Source: Octopus sinensis
Taxonomy: Eukaryota
Reading direction: 5' to 3'
NCBI RefSeq assembly: GCF_006345805.1
Contig: NC_043022.1
Span: 14,694,001 to 14,758,000 of the forward strand
DNA: 64,000 bases
Below the pieces are notes generated by a model that had not been told where the DNA came from, searched no databases, and saw nothing but the letters and a program-made list of their open reading frames with translations. The position numbers were made by a program, and so were the translations under genes. Numbering within the stretch: position 1 is the stretch's first letter; each line of letters starts with the position of its first letter. Below are positions 27,020 to 38,387 of the stretch, in pieces.

Positions 27020-27465
27020 ATCATCATCATCATCATCGTTTAACGTCCGTTCTCCGTGCTAGCATGGGTTGGACGGTTCGACCGGGGATCTGGGAAGCCA
27101 GAAGGCTGCACCAGGCTCTAGTCTGATCTGGCAGTGTTTCTACAGCTGGATGCCCTTCCTAATGCCAACCACTCCGCGAGTGTAGTGGGTGCTTTTTACG
27201 TGCCACCTGCACTGGTGCCAGGCGAGGCTGGCATCTGCCACGGTCGGATTGGTGCATTTTATGCGCCACCGGCACGGAAGCCAGTCGAGGCAGCACTGGC
27301 TTCGGCCACGATTCGGATGGTGCTTTTCACGTGCCACCGACACGGAAGCCAGTCGAGGCAGCACTGGCTTCGGCCACGATTCGGATGGTGCTTTTTACGT
27401 GCCACCGACACGGAAGCCAGTCAAGGCAGCACCGGCTTCGGCCACAATTCAGATGGTGCTTTTTA
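27020..27465 (-). mobile_element. SINE with RTE-derived/Ceph-like domain and (TGA)n tail, internal tandem subrepeats (copies ~9850-10120, 11950-12310, 12705-13040, 29118-29335, 32430-32645)
   Basis: GGTTGGC.TTAGGAAGGGCATCCAGC and GGACGTTAAACGATGATG motifs. Confidence 0.75.
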
Positions 27466-27566
27466 TAATGGTGACATTTGACAGAATAATCAGAATACCA
27501 AAGTGTTAAAAGGAAAAGAACCATAACGAATATAATGAAGAATTAATTAGGAAATACGATACATAC

Positions 27567-28135
27567 ACATCTTCGATATCGTTTTCAATGATGTAATTGC
27601 CTGTTCTGATTTACGCCGGTCAGTGTCTGCAGATTCTAGAGACATTCGCAATGAGACAATGTGGTCCCGACTTGAACCCAATTTGGCTTTTAATTCCTGG
27701 ACTTGCATTTGTCGTTTGTTGAGTGCCGCTTGGACAGCCGAGAAAGTTGCGTCGGCAAATGCTGGAGATCGAGATCGGGTCAACGGCGACATGGAGCGGT
27801 TCCGTTTCTTGGGTGACATTGAGTGGCCGGGTGAGGTAGACCGAGGGCGGAATGAGGTTGAAGTCAACACTGGTTCGATTGTGTCGGGTTGGTCAGCCGA
27901 TGTAGCGTCTGCAGTGCAAGAGAGGTCGGCGTCGTTAATAACAGCCTGAGCGATATCCCTCAAGGCCAGGTGGAGTGCATCGGTTTCCATTCGAGACTGG
28001 TGGACAATTTCTTGCTCGTGATTGTTCTGCTGTTGCTCCACTTGTTCAAGTTTTAGCTGACCGACCTTAAGGAGTCGGTCCTTCTCTTCCACTTGCTGAA
28101 GCAGTTTATCATTCAGAAGAGTAAGGTCATTGATT
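27567..28135 (-). CDS. CROCC: Rootletin exon (INDLTLLNDK...LRDIAQAVINDAD...RSRSPAFADATFSAVQAALNKRQMQVQE...), apparent 1-bp deletion near its 3' end
   Basis: tacag acceptor (phase 2); LRD.AQAV..D and AL.KRQ.QVQ motifs; the best donor GT|GTATGT is one base out of phase with the next exon. Confidence 0.9.
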
Positions 28136-28138
28136 CTG

Positions 28139-28717
28139 TAAAATAAAATAAAATAAAATACAATAAAATAAAATAAAATAAAATAAAATACAATAAAATA
28201 AAATAAAATAAAATAAAATACAAAATAAAATACAATAAAATAAAATACAATAAAATACAATAAAATAAAATAAAATACAATAAAATAAAATACAATAAAA
28301 TAAAATACAATAAAATAAAATAAAATACAATAAAATAAAATAAAATAAAATACAATAAAATAAAATACAATAAAATAAAATAATACAATAAAATAAAATA
28401 CAATAAAATAAAATACATAAAATAAAATAAAATAAAATACAAATAAAATACAATAAAAAAAATAAAATAAAATACAATAAAATAAAATACAATAAAATAA
28501 AATAAAATACAATAAAATAAAATAAAATACAATAAAATAAAATACAATAAAATAAAATAAAATAAAATACAATAAAATAAAATACAATAAAATAAAATAC
28601 AATAAAATAAAATAAAATACAATAAAATAAAATACAATAAAATAAAATAAAATAAAATAAAATAAAATAAAATACAATAAAATAAAATAAAATAAAATAC
28701 AATAAAATAAAATAAAA
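28139..28717. repeat. (AAAAT/ACAAT)n pentanucleotide array directly upstream of an exon acceptor
   Basis: Direct reading. Confidence 0.95.
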
Positions 28718-29002
28718 TTGAATTTTAAAAAAAAGAAAATTTGAGAAAATATCAGAAAGCATAGGCACAATCATGGCTGTGTGGTCAGGGAATTTGCTTC
28801 GCTACTCCATAGTTTTCATTTTGGCCCCACTGCAAGGCTTTGATTGACCCGAAGCTATAGCAGAAGACATTTGTCCAAGGTGTCATGCAGTGGGACTGAA
28901 CCTGGAACCATGTGGTTGGGAAGCAAACTTCTTACCACACAACCACATTGCAAAATACCTCACAGAATCACTGGGGACGGTCACAGATGGAATTCCTTAG
29001 AT

Positions 29003-29479
29003 CAGTGGTTCTAAAATGGGGTTCAGATGAGATTTTGTCGTTGAAAATTATGTACAATATATCGCTTATACTTCTACAATACATAGAATATTTCAACAAT
29101 TTTTTATACAATTCATTATCATCATCATCGTTTAAGCCTGCTTTCCATGCTGGCATGGGTTGGACGATTTGATTGAGGACTGGTGAACCAGATGTCTGCA
29201 CCAGGCTCCAATCTGATCTGGCAGAGTTTCTACAGCTGGATGCCCTTCCTAATGCCAACCACTCTGAGAGTGTAGTGGGTGCTTTTACGTGCCACTGGCA
29301 TGAGGGCCAGTATGGCGGTACTGGCAGCGGCCACGGAAAAATCATGTTTTTTTTTTCTTAATAATAATTAACTATAGAAATATGGGAATTTTTAAAAACT
29401 TTAAATGGTTATGGCAGGTTCAGCAGATTAGAATAGGAGTCAAAGGGGCCCATGGGTAAAAACTAGTTGAGAACCACTG
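29003..29479. mobile_element. hAT (Charlie-like) MITE with nested SINE (~29118-29335)
   Basis: TIR CAGTGGTTCT; perfect 8-bp TSD ccttagat (28995-29002, 29480-29487). Confidence 0.85.
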
Positions 29480-29663
29480 CCTTAGATAACAGGTTTCTCT
29501 GTGTGTGTGTGAATGCATTATTTAAAACAAAAGTCTTCTTATGTCTTTCAATCATTACAGAAAACAGATGTGACAGTGTTTCTTTTTTTTTTCTTTTTCT
29601 TGTTTTATTTAAAAGAACAAAACAAAACAAAACAAAACAAAAAATCCATTGAATCCTTCTTAC

Positions 29664-29785
29664 TTTGTATTTAATTCTGTGGTGAGTGTATCGTAACGAG
29701 CCTGTAACTGGACATTATCACGAATCTTCTCCTTTAACTGGTTTTCAAGAGTTGTTCTTTCGGTCTTTTCTTTGTCTAAAGCAAC
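29664..29785 (-). CDS. CROCC: Rootletin exon (VALDKEKTERTTLENQLKEKIRDN...TELNT)
   Basis: ctctttag acceptor, AA|GTAAGA donor, 122 nt, phase 0/2; coiled-coil; not in the ORF track. Confidence 0.88.
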
Positions 29786-29794
29786 CTAAAGAGG

Positions 29795-29834
<40 letters not shown>

Positions 29835-29869
29835 TAATAATAATAATAATGATAACAATAATAATAATA

Positions 29870-30330
29870 TTATGAACAAAAATGTAGAAGCAATACCTTG
29901 ATCCTCAAAACTACACACTATTCAAAAAATTAGCCCAGCTAGGAACAGCCCACATCCTATGCAAGACACTATCAATTTAATAATACAACTTAAAGAAAAC
30001 AATCCGCTAACACAAGACCCACTCTATACAGTAATTATCCAACGAAATAAACTTCCACCAGCAATCTAGGTAACCAATGCATTTCACACTCAACACACAA
30101 TACAAGCAATAATACAACAAAAGACTGCTCTAAACCTCAGGAGGTAACAAAAAACAAAACAAAACAAAGGCTAACACAATACAATACTGGGAAGAGTTTG
30201 TGCACTCCCAACAACAGAAAAGAACACACAATGCTGCACACACCTCAGCACCATGGAGGTGTAGCAGGTGGGGCAGTAGAAATTTGGCTCAAACTACCAA
30301 ATGCTGAACAACAACAACAACAACAATAAT
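29870..30330 (+). mobile_element. 3' fragment of an R4/Dong-like (RLE-type) non-LTR retrotransposon in an (AAT)n tract
   Basis: IQK...LGTAHILCKTL* C-terminal motif; flanked by (AAT)n and (AAC)n. Confidence 0.55.
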
Positions 30331-31062
30331 AATTATAATTCTTTCTACTGAAGGCACTAGACCTGAAATTTTGGGGAAGGGTACTAGTTGATTATATTGA
30401 CCCCAGTGTTTCACTGGTACTTAATTTATTGATTCCAAAAGGATGAAAGGCATAGTTGACCTCGGCAGGATTTGAACTCAGAATGTATAAAGATGGATGA
30501 AATGTTGCTAAGTATTTTGCTCATTGTTCTAACGAGTCTGCCCAGCTCACCATCTTAAATCACTGGCACTCCGTCAGCTACGATGACGAGGGTTCCAGTT
30601 GATCCGATCAATGGAACAGCCTGCTTGTGAAATGAATGTGCAAGTGGCTGAGTACTCCACAGACACGTGTACATTTAAAGTAGTTCTGAGGGAGATTCAG
30701 CATGACACAGAATGTGACCAGGCTTCCCCCTTGTGAATTACAGGTACAACTCATTTTTGCCAGCCGAGTGGACTGGGGCAATGTGAAATGAAGTGTCTTG
30801 CTCAAGGACACAACACATCACAGGGAATCAAACTCACAACCTTACAATCATGAGCCAAATACCCTAACCCACAAGTATTACTGCTTGTATTGTGTGTTGA
30901 GTGTGAAATGCGTTGGTTAACTAGCTTGCTGGTGGAAGTTTATTTCACTGGATAATTACTGTATAGACATGTTGAACAATGTTAATGATACAGAATTCAG
31001 AAATCTCAAGACATTGTTTTCCTGTTTGTATTTTTATTTAAAAAAAATTGTCTTTAACCTAC

Positions 31063-31275
31063 CAGCGTTTGTGTGTCGACATGTCTTGCATTTGAACTGT
31101 AATTGAGAGCAGCAGAGTACATTCCTCGGGCAGTGCGGTTGATATCGGAGCGGACGTTGTGTAGGTCTCTCTCGGTTGCCGATTTCAAATCGTTGAATTC
31201 ACGACGAAATGTTATCACAGACTTCCACAGGTTGTGCAAACGGTTGTGTTCTTCATTGTAGAATTGATTGAAAGA
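31063..31275 (-). CDS. CROCC: Rootletin exon (SFNQFYNEEHNRLHNLWKSV...VDTQTL)
   Basis: tttcag acceptor, CTG|GTAGGT donor, 213 nt, phase 0/0; SFN.Y..EH.RL..LW and TERDL motifs. Confidence 0.93.
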
Positions 31276-31816
31276 CTGAAACATTTGCAAAGACAAATTA
31301 AATTCATTAGTTAAAAAAATTAATTAAAAGCGGAGAATGAGAAGGAAAACCCTCGGAGAAAAGAAGTAAGAAACAGATTAATTAGAATATTTCAATCATC
31401 GTTAGTAAAAAGAAAAGCAAACAAATGAAGCACAAAAAGTGTTTCCTTCTACATATTTCTTTAAAAGCTATGTTATTTTACTGACCATGGACACTGGGGA
31501 TGTGGTCAGAGCAGACGAAACCTTGAAGTTTTTGTAATGGATAATACCTATGCTGGTATTTGAGGATACAAAACCAAACACACATATATATATATATTCT
31601 TTTATTTGTTTCAGTCATTTGACTGTGGCCATGCTGGAACACCACCTTTTAGTTGAAGAAATCCCCCCCCCCACACCTGGACATTACTTTGTAAGCCTAG
31701 TACTTACTCTATCAGTCTCTTTTGCTGAACCACTAAGTTATGGGGACATAAACACACCAACATCAATTTTCAAATGATGGTTGGGGGACAAACACAGACA
31801 CACAAACATATACATA

Positions 31817-31847
<31 letters not shown>

Positions 31848-32649
31848 TCATATATACACACGACAGGCTTCTGTTTAACAAATCCACTCACAAGGCTTTG
31901 GTCAGCCTGAGGCTATAGTAGAAGACACTTGCCCAAGGTGCCACACTGCAGGACTGAACCTGGAACCATGTGGTTGGGAAGCAAGCTTCTTACCACACAG
32001 CCATGTAGCATAAAAATGTGGCACAGGGGACGTCAAAGGAACACAGGGAAAAACAGGAAAAAAATACACACAATGGATGTGGAGACATTCAGCCCCTCAT
32101 CAGTTGTCGACCAAATATCATTACTATTTCAACACCTGGTGATATTGCCCAGTTTGGCTGTGTCATCAACATAAGCTGCTGGTGTATAAATGAGCAGGCA
32201 TGGTAAGCAAACATGAACAGTAAAAATAAGACAAGTAGAATGACAAAAAAGCACAAGGTCTTGAGCTAGAACGGTAATAAAGTTATAAGAGAAAAAAAAG
32301 AAAGTAACAAATAAGCAAGGACAAGGTGGATGTTAAATGATGATGGTGATGATGATGATGAATAACAGAAAAACAAAATGACACAGATATTGGGATACAT
32401 AAAATTTCTTATATATATAAGCACCAATCGATTGTGGCTGTTGCCAGCCTCCTCTGGCCCCTGTGCCAGTGGCCTGTAAAAAGCACCCACTACGCTCTTG
32501 GAGTGGTTGGCATCAGGAAGGGCATCCAGCTGTAGAAATACTGCCAGATTAGACTGGAGCCTGGTGCAGCCTCCTGGCTTCCCAGACCCTGGTCGAACCG
32601 TCCAACCCATGCTAGCATGGAAAATGGACGTTAAACGATGATGATAATG

Positions 32650-32694
<45 letters not shown>

Positions 32695-33867
32695 CATACA
32701 TACAAACACATACCACACACATCCTTACACACATAAATGCATAGATACATACACCCCACACAAAATAGACAAACATGCACAAACACACACATGTAGATAC
32801 ATACCTACTAACACACACACACACACACAGATACATGCCCATGCACACACACACACACACACAGATACATGCCCATGCACACACACACACACACGCATGC
32901 ATACAAATGCACTCAAACTTCATTTATACTTCATACACAATTATAAATCACAGAAAACTCACATTGACATCTTTGACATGGAGAGAGAACTACAAATATA
33001 TTTCGCATACATCTACATTACACAATTCACATTATACTCCACTTATAAACACACACACACACACACTACATGCACACAAAACAATATAAAGATTATTACT
33101 TTTACATCACTGAATCTAAGCATATCTACAAATTTACAATCAGTAAATAAGGTGTTGCCCCATCAAGGCTTTAATCAAACTAACGAGTTAAAGAAAGAAA
33201 TGATTGCTTCTATATCTTACCTTTTATATCATAATTATATTATATACATATAACGAAATAAAGAATAGAGACCGTTTTTAAACTTACCAATGTTTACTAC
33301 CAAATTATTTCTCTTTTCAGTTGTGTCTTTTCTCCTTAGAATTAACAATATTTAAAAAGGTTTTGTCTAATTAACATGTATTAGACAGATGTTGTCACCA
33401 CCTAATTGATATTAATTATCTGTTTTTCTGTGTTTATTTGTATGGTTGGATAGATGGACAATAATTATTTGCCTGGCATCTCAGTATCTATCCTTCAAAG
33501 TCTCATTCAGGCGGAAATTTTCACTCTCTTTGATGTATAGGAGTCCCACCAAGAGTAAACATTATATTGTTTCTCAACAAATTGCAGAATAATACACACA
33601 TATATATACACATAATATATATTATCTCTCTCTCTATATATATATATGAATATGTATATAATTTACATATGCATATATGTGTGTATGTGTATGTATGTGT
33701 GTGTATATATGTATGTATATCATTATCGTTTAGCATCCGCTTTCCATGCTAGCATGGGTTGGACGGGTCAACTGGGGTCTGGGAAGCCAGAAGGCTGCAC
33801 CAGGCCCAGTGTATGTGTATAAATATATATGTATGTATCTGTGTATAAATATATATATATGTATGTT

Positions 33868-33914
<47 letters not shown>

Positions 33915-34029
33915 ATGTATAATGTATGTATGTATGCATGTATGTATGTATGTATGTAGGTATGTATGTATAATGTATGTATGTATGTATGTTTGTATGT
34001 TTGTATGTATATATGTATGTATGTATGTA

Positions 34030-34068
<39 letters not shown>

Positions 34069-34117
34069 TTGTATGTATGTATGTATGTGTGTGTATGTAT
34101 GTATGTATTTATGTTTG

Positions 34118-34196
<79 letters not shown>

Positions 34197-34272
34197 ATGT
34201 ATGTATGTTTGTGTGTATGTATGTATGTGTGTGTATGTATGTATAATGTATGTATGTATGTATTTATGTTTG

Positions 34273-34306
<34 letters not shown>

Positions 34307-35742
34307 TGTATGTATGTATGTATGTATATATATATATGTATATGTGTGTGTAGATATGTCCCAAAAGCACTGGTTAAGAAAATCCAATGCTGAAAAGGTT
34401 ATATAGAATGAATTGAAGTTCAGTACCGTTTCTTCCTCTCCTCTCCTCTTGCTCCCAGAACTCTTGAATGCTTTAAGAAACAGCAGCCTATCAACTCAAT
34501 GTGTCTTCAACAGCACACATTCCAGGTGGTTCTGTGAAGTTTTCAGTGGGCGAGGGTACGGGCGGGGGTCTCTGCTCGACACCCCCCACCTTTCAGCCAG
34601 CCTGTGTTTGTGTCGCCCACCCTAATGGATATACCTGCAATCAACGTTCATACCTGAGTGTGATTTATTCATTCCTTTGTTTCTGTCTCCATGGCACAGT
34701 GGGAGTTTTGGTTTTCAATTTGTGCTTATGTATATACCTTATATACCTATGTATATACCTATGTATATACCTATGTATATACCTATGTACCTACCTAAAT
34801 ACACACGAATACATACATACATACATACACATTCACACATATACAAACACACCCACAAATATATACATACACACACACACACACATAGACTGTGAGAGAA
34901 AAGGGGAACTATATAACAAAGGGATCAAAAGACAAATATACAAGCAGACAAAAAATAACACAAAAAACAATAAAATAAATATTAAAAAAAAAACACTGTT
35001 CAGAGAAAGAAAAGAGGGGGGAGAACAAGGAACTTAATTAAAATGTAACCCAACTGTAACCCAATCTAACTAAATACATTAATTAGATGATGTTGGTGGT
35101 GGTGGGGAGAAATGAATAATGAAAGAAGAAAGAAGAGTGGTAGACGTATTTTGATGAGGAAAGAATGTGTAGGAAAATATGAAGTAGCCTATAGGATGGC
35201 TGTGTGGTTAGGGACCCTGTTTTGCAACCATGTGGTTTTGGGTTCAGTTCCACTGTGCAGCACCTTGGGCAAGTGGCTTCTGCTATATATTACTTTACTA
35301 CCCACAAGGGGCTAAACAAGGAGAGACAAACGGATTAAGTTGATTACATCGACCCCAGTGCGAAACTGGTACTTTATTTATCGACCCCGAAAGGATGAAA
35401 GGCAAAGTCGACCTCGGCGGAATTTGAACTCAGAACGTAACGGCAGACGAAATACCGATGAGCATTTCGCCCGACGCGCTAACATTTCTACTAGCTCGCC
35501 ACCTTCAATTGGCTTCTGCTAAAGTCCAGCGGTCAGCCACAGCCTAGTGAGTGGATTTGATAAACAGAAAATGAAAGAAGCCTTATATATATATATATAT
35601 AAGGTGATGCTCCGGGATGGCCAACGTCAAATGACTGAAACAGATAAAAGATTAAAAGAATATATATATATATATATGTGTGTGTGTCTCCACCTTCTAT
35701 GAGCTTGCTACCTTCTACTAGCCCTAAAGCATTCATAATTAA

Positions 35743-35872
35743 CCTTTAGCATGCTGAAGGCAAATCATGTTGCCACACAAGTTTTCTCCCCTGTAACTGC
35801 AGGCACATTGTGTTGCATTGAGAGGGGAGAAAACTCATTTGGCGACATGATATGCCTTCAGCATGCTAAAGG
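35743..35872. mobile_element. piggyBac-like MITE, 130 bp
   Basis: TTAA TSD; 33-bp TIRs CCTTTAGCATGCTGAAGGCA.ATCATGT.GCCA with 2 mismatches. Confidence 0.8.
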
Positions 35873-35954
35873 TTAAAAAAAAATAAGAGAGAGAGAAATG
35901 GAGAGAAGACAGAGAGAGGGGGGGGAAGAAAAAGCACAGAGAAATAAGAGTTAC

Positions 35955-36120
35955 CTGTTCTTCTTCTCTCCACTCTTGTTCTTTGAGATCAAGATCTTCT
36001 CGAGCCATTTGCCAATCAGTGGTCAACTTCTGAATGTCGTTGGTGAGGCTTTGGTTTGCAGATGTTGCTTGGTCCAATTGTTCTCGTAACATTGCATTGA
36101 CGTGGGCAAGACCTGAACTC
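35955..36120 (-). CDS. CROCC: Rootletin exon (SSGLAHVNAMLREQLDQATSANQSL...WREEEQ)
   Basis: gacag acceptor, CAG|GTAACT donor, phase 2/0; VNAMLREQLDQA motif. Confidence 0.95.
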
Positions 36121-36232
36121 CTGTCAACAGAAAACATGGTCATACTGCTTTATGGCTGGTCAACTATAAACTCAGTACATAATCATCGTTTTAATGTCCA
36201 CATTTCTATGCCAGCATGGAATAGACAGAGTA

Positions 36233-36557
36233 CCGTATTTGATGGCCTATAAGAAGCACCCTTTTTTTTAACCGCAAAATGACTTTAAAAATCCCCCTAC
36301 GTCCATTGCACTCAATGTAGGCTCAAAACTTGCTCAAAATGTGTGCTGCCATCTATTGGTGAACAATCGTCTACGGAATGTTTATATCGAATGTGGATGC
36401 AATAAATTACTTTTATAATTACTGGTAATAACATCAAGTTATACAGGTAAGTGGAGGAATCAAAACATTATTTTGGTGGTGATTTATTTTACAAAAAGAT
36501 AGCCTAGGCTAGGGTGCGTCCTATACACTTGTGCATCTTATAGGCCATTAAATACGG
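36233..36557. mobile_element. pogo/Tigger-type MITE
   Basis: TIRs CCGTATTT(G/A)ATGGCCTATAAGA, TA TSD. Confidence 0.8.
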
Positions 36558-36704
36558 TAGTTACTGAGGCAGAATTTCTATAGCTGGATGCCCATCCTGT
36601 CACTAACCTTCATCTGTTTCCAGGTAAGCTAATATTTCCCCATGGCCAGAGATGTTTATCACAGAAGACTGGCAACAAAGCAATGTTGCCCATTACAACA
36701 ACTA

Positions 36705-37300
36705 TCAGTTATTCCTTCAACATACCCTCCATTCCCACAACACATTACCAGTCATTCATTCAATATACCTCCATTCCCACAACACATTAAGTCATTCCTT
36801 CAATATACCCCCCATTCCCACAACACATTAAGTCATTCCTTCAATATATCCCCCCCTCGTTCCCACAGCACATTACTAGCCATTCATTCAATATACCCCC
36901 CCATTCCCACAACACATTAAGTCATTCCTTCAATATACCTCCCCCGTTCCCACAGCACATTACCAGTTATTCATTCAATATACCCCCCCCCCGTTCCTAC
37001 AGCACATTACCAGCCATTCATTCAATATACCCCCCATTCCCACAACACATTAAGTCATTCTTTCAATATACCCCCCATTCCCACAACACATTAAGTCATT
37101 CCTTCAATATACCCCCCATTCCCACAACACATTGTCATTCCTTCAATATACCCCCCATTCCCACAACACATTGTCATTCATTCAATATACCCCCCATTCC
37201 CACAACACATTAAGTCATTCTTTCAATATACTTCCCATTCCCACAACACATTACCAGTCACTCTTTCAATCTACCCCCCCCACATTCCCACAACTCTCTA
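36705..37300. repeat. ~38-40-bp minisatellite
   Basis: Unit CCATTCCCACAACACATTAAGTCATTCCTTCAATATACC. Confidence 0.9.
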
Positions 37301-37408
37301 TCAGTTATTCAATCAACACATCCCATTCGTACATCAATTACAATTACCCTTATATTTCTTTGTTAAGGTTCCCACGAAGCTTCTAGGAAACAATGGAATG
37401 GAACTCAC

Positions 37409-37527
37409 CTCTGTTGCTCTTCCTCAAGCCGAATGAGGGCAGTTTGAAGGTCAAGAGTGGCTAGATTCAACTCCCCAGCTTGAGTCAAGTTAGCATTATC
37501 CAGGGGTTTAATGTAGGTGTCAGACAA
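37409..37527 (-). CDS. CROCC: Rootletin exon (LSDTYIKPLD...DLQTALIRLEEEQQR); NAGNAG acceptor, alternative start 37530
   Basis: cccccagcag acceptor, AG|GTGAGT donor, phase 0/2; DL..ALIRLEEEQQR rootletin motif. Confidence 0.92.
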
Positions 37528-37741
37528 CTGCTGGGGGATAGAAAATGGACGGAAATGATTAATAACACATACTTATACACACCAAAATCCTATTGTATCA
37601 TCATCCTCATCATTTAGCATCCATGTTTCGTGTCGGCAAGGGTGCCACGTATGTTCATGACATCACATGCTAAATATGCTCAACCATTCAATAAACCAAA
37701 GAAATACTTGTTTGCAAAAATATGTAGAAATTCCCCATATA

Positions 37742-38387
37742 CAGGGTTGGCCAAAAGTCAGCTGACAGTAAAGCAAAACCATTTAATTCCAAAATTTATT
37801 ATTTGTTTAATAAATAAATGAATTTAATAAAAGCATCGAAATATGAAACATCATGAAAATAGTTCAAACTGAACTACTTCTTGAGCGACTTCATAATTGG
37901 ATTGAATAAATAAAATTGAATATTAAGTATTTATGCCCACGGACACATGGCATAGTGGTTAAGAGCACAGGCTACTAACCCCAAGATTCCAAGTTCGATT
38001 CCAAGCAGTGATTTGAATAATAATAATAGCAATAATAACTTCGAAAAATACCTTAGGAATGAGAACCCAGGTTCGATATTTCCCCAAGACACCTGATGAA
38101 GGCGTAGTGCTTAAGAGCACATGCTACTAACCCCAAGATTCCGAGTTCGATTCCAAGCAGTGACCTGAATAATAATAATAATAACAATAATAACATTGAA
38201 AAATATCTTAGGAATGAGAACCCAGGTTTGAAATTTCCCCATGATACCTGATGAAGGCTGGAGGGTATATCAGCCGAAATGCTGTGTTAACAACAAACAA
38301 GATGAGGGACAAATATCCATCAAATGTGAATAATGAAGTATTTATGGAATTTTTGATTTACTGTTGGGTGACTTTTGGCTAACCATG
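37742..38387. mobile_element. Mariner/Tc1-type MITE hosting the hammerhead-SINE
   Basis: TA-flanked TIRs CAGGGTTGGCCAAAAGTCA...; same family as 25103-25331. Confidence 0.7.
37936..38335 (+). mobile_element. tRNA-headed SINE with a hammerhead-containing 3' part (internally duplicated), 11-bp TSD
   Basis: A/B boxes, (AAT)n, CTGATGA-A-GGCTG...CAGCC-GAAA at 38243-38288; TSD aagtatttatg at 37925-37935 and 38336-38346. Confidence 0.8.

Noticed and set aside
28136-28770. Hydrophobic N-terminal 200 aa of the 407-aa ORF
   Set aside because: Intronic pentanucleotide repeat upstream of the true acceptor.
33225-33345. Strong donor motifs (TTG|GTAAGT) within the 35955-31275 intron
   Set aside because: The upstream frame has stops in phase 0 and no convincing acceptor.
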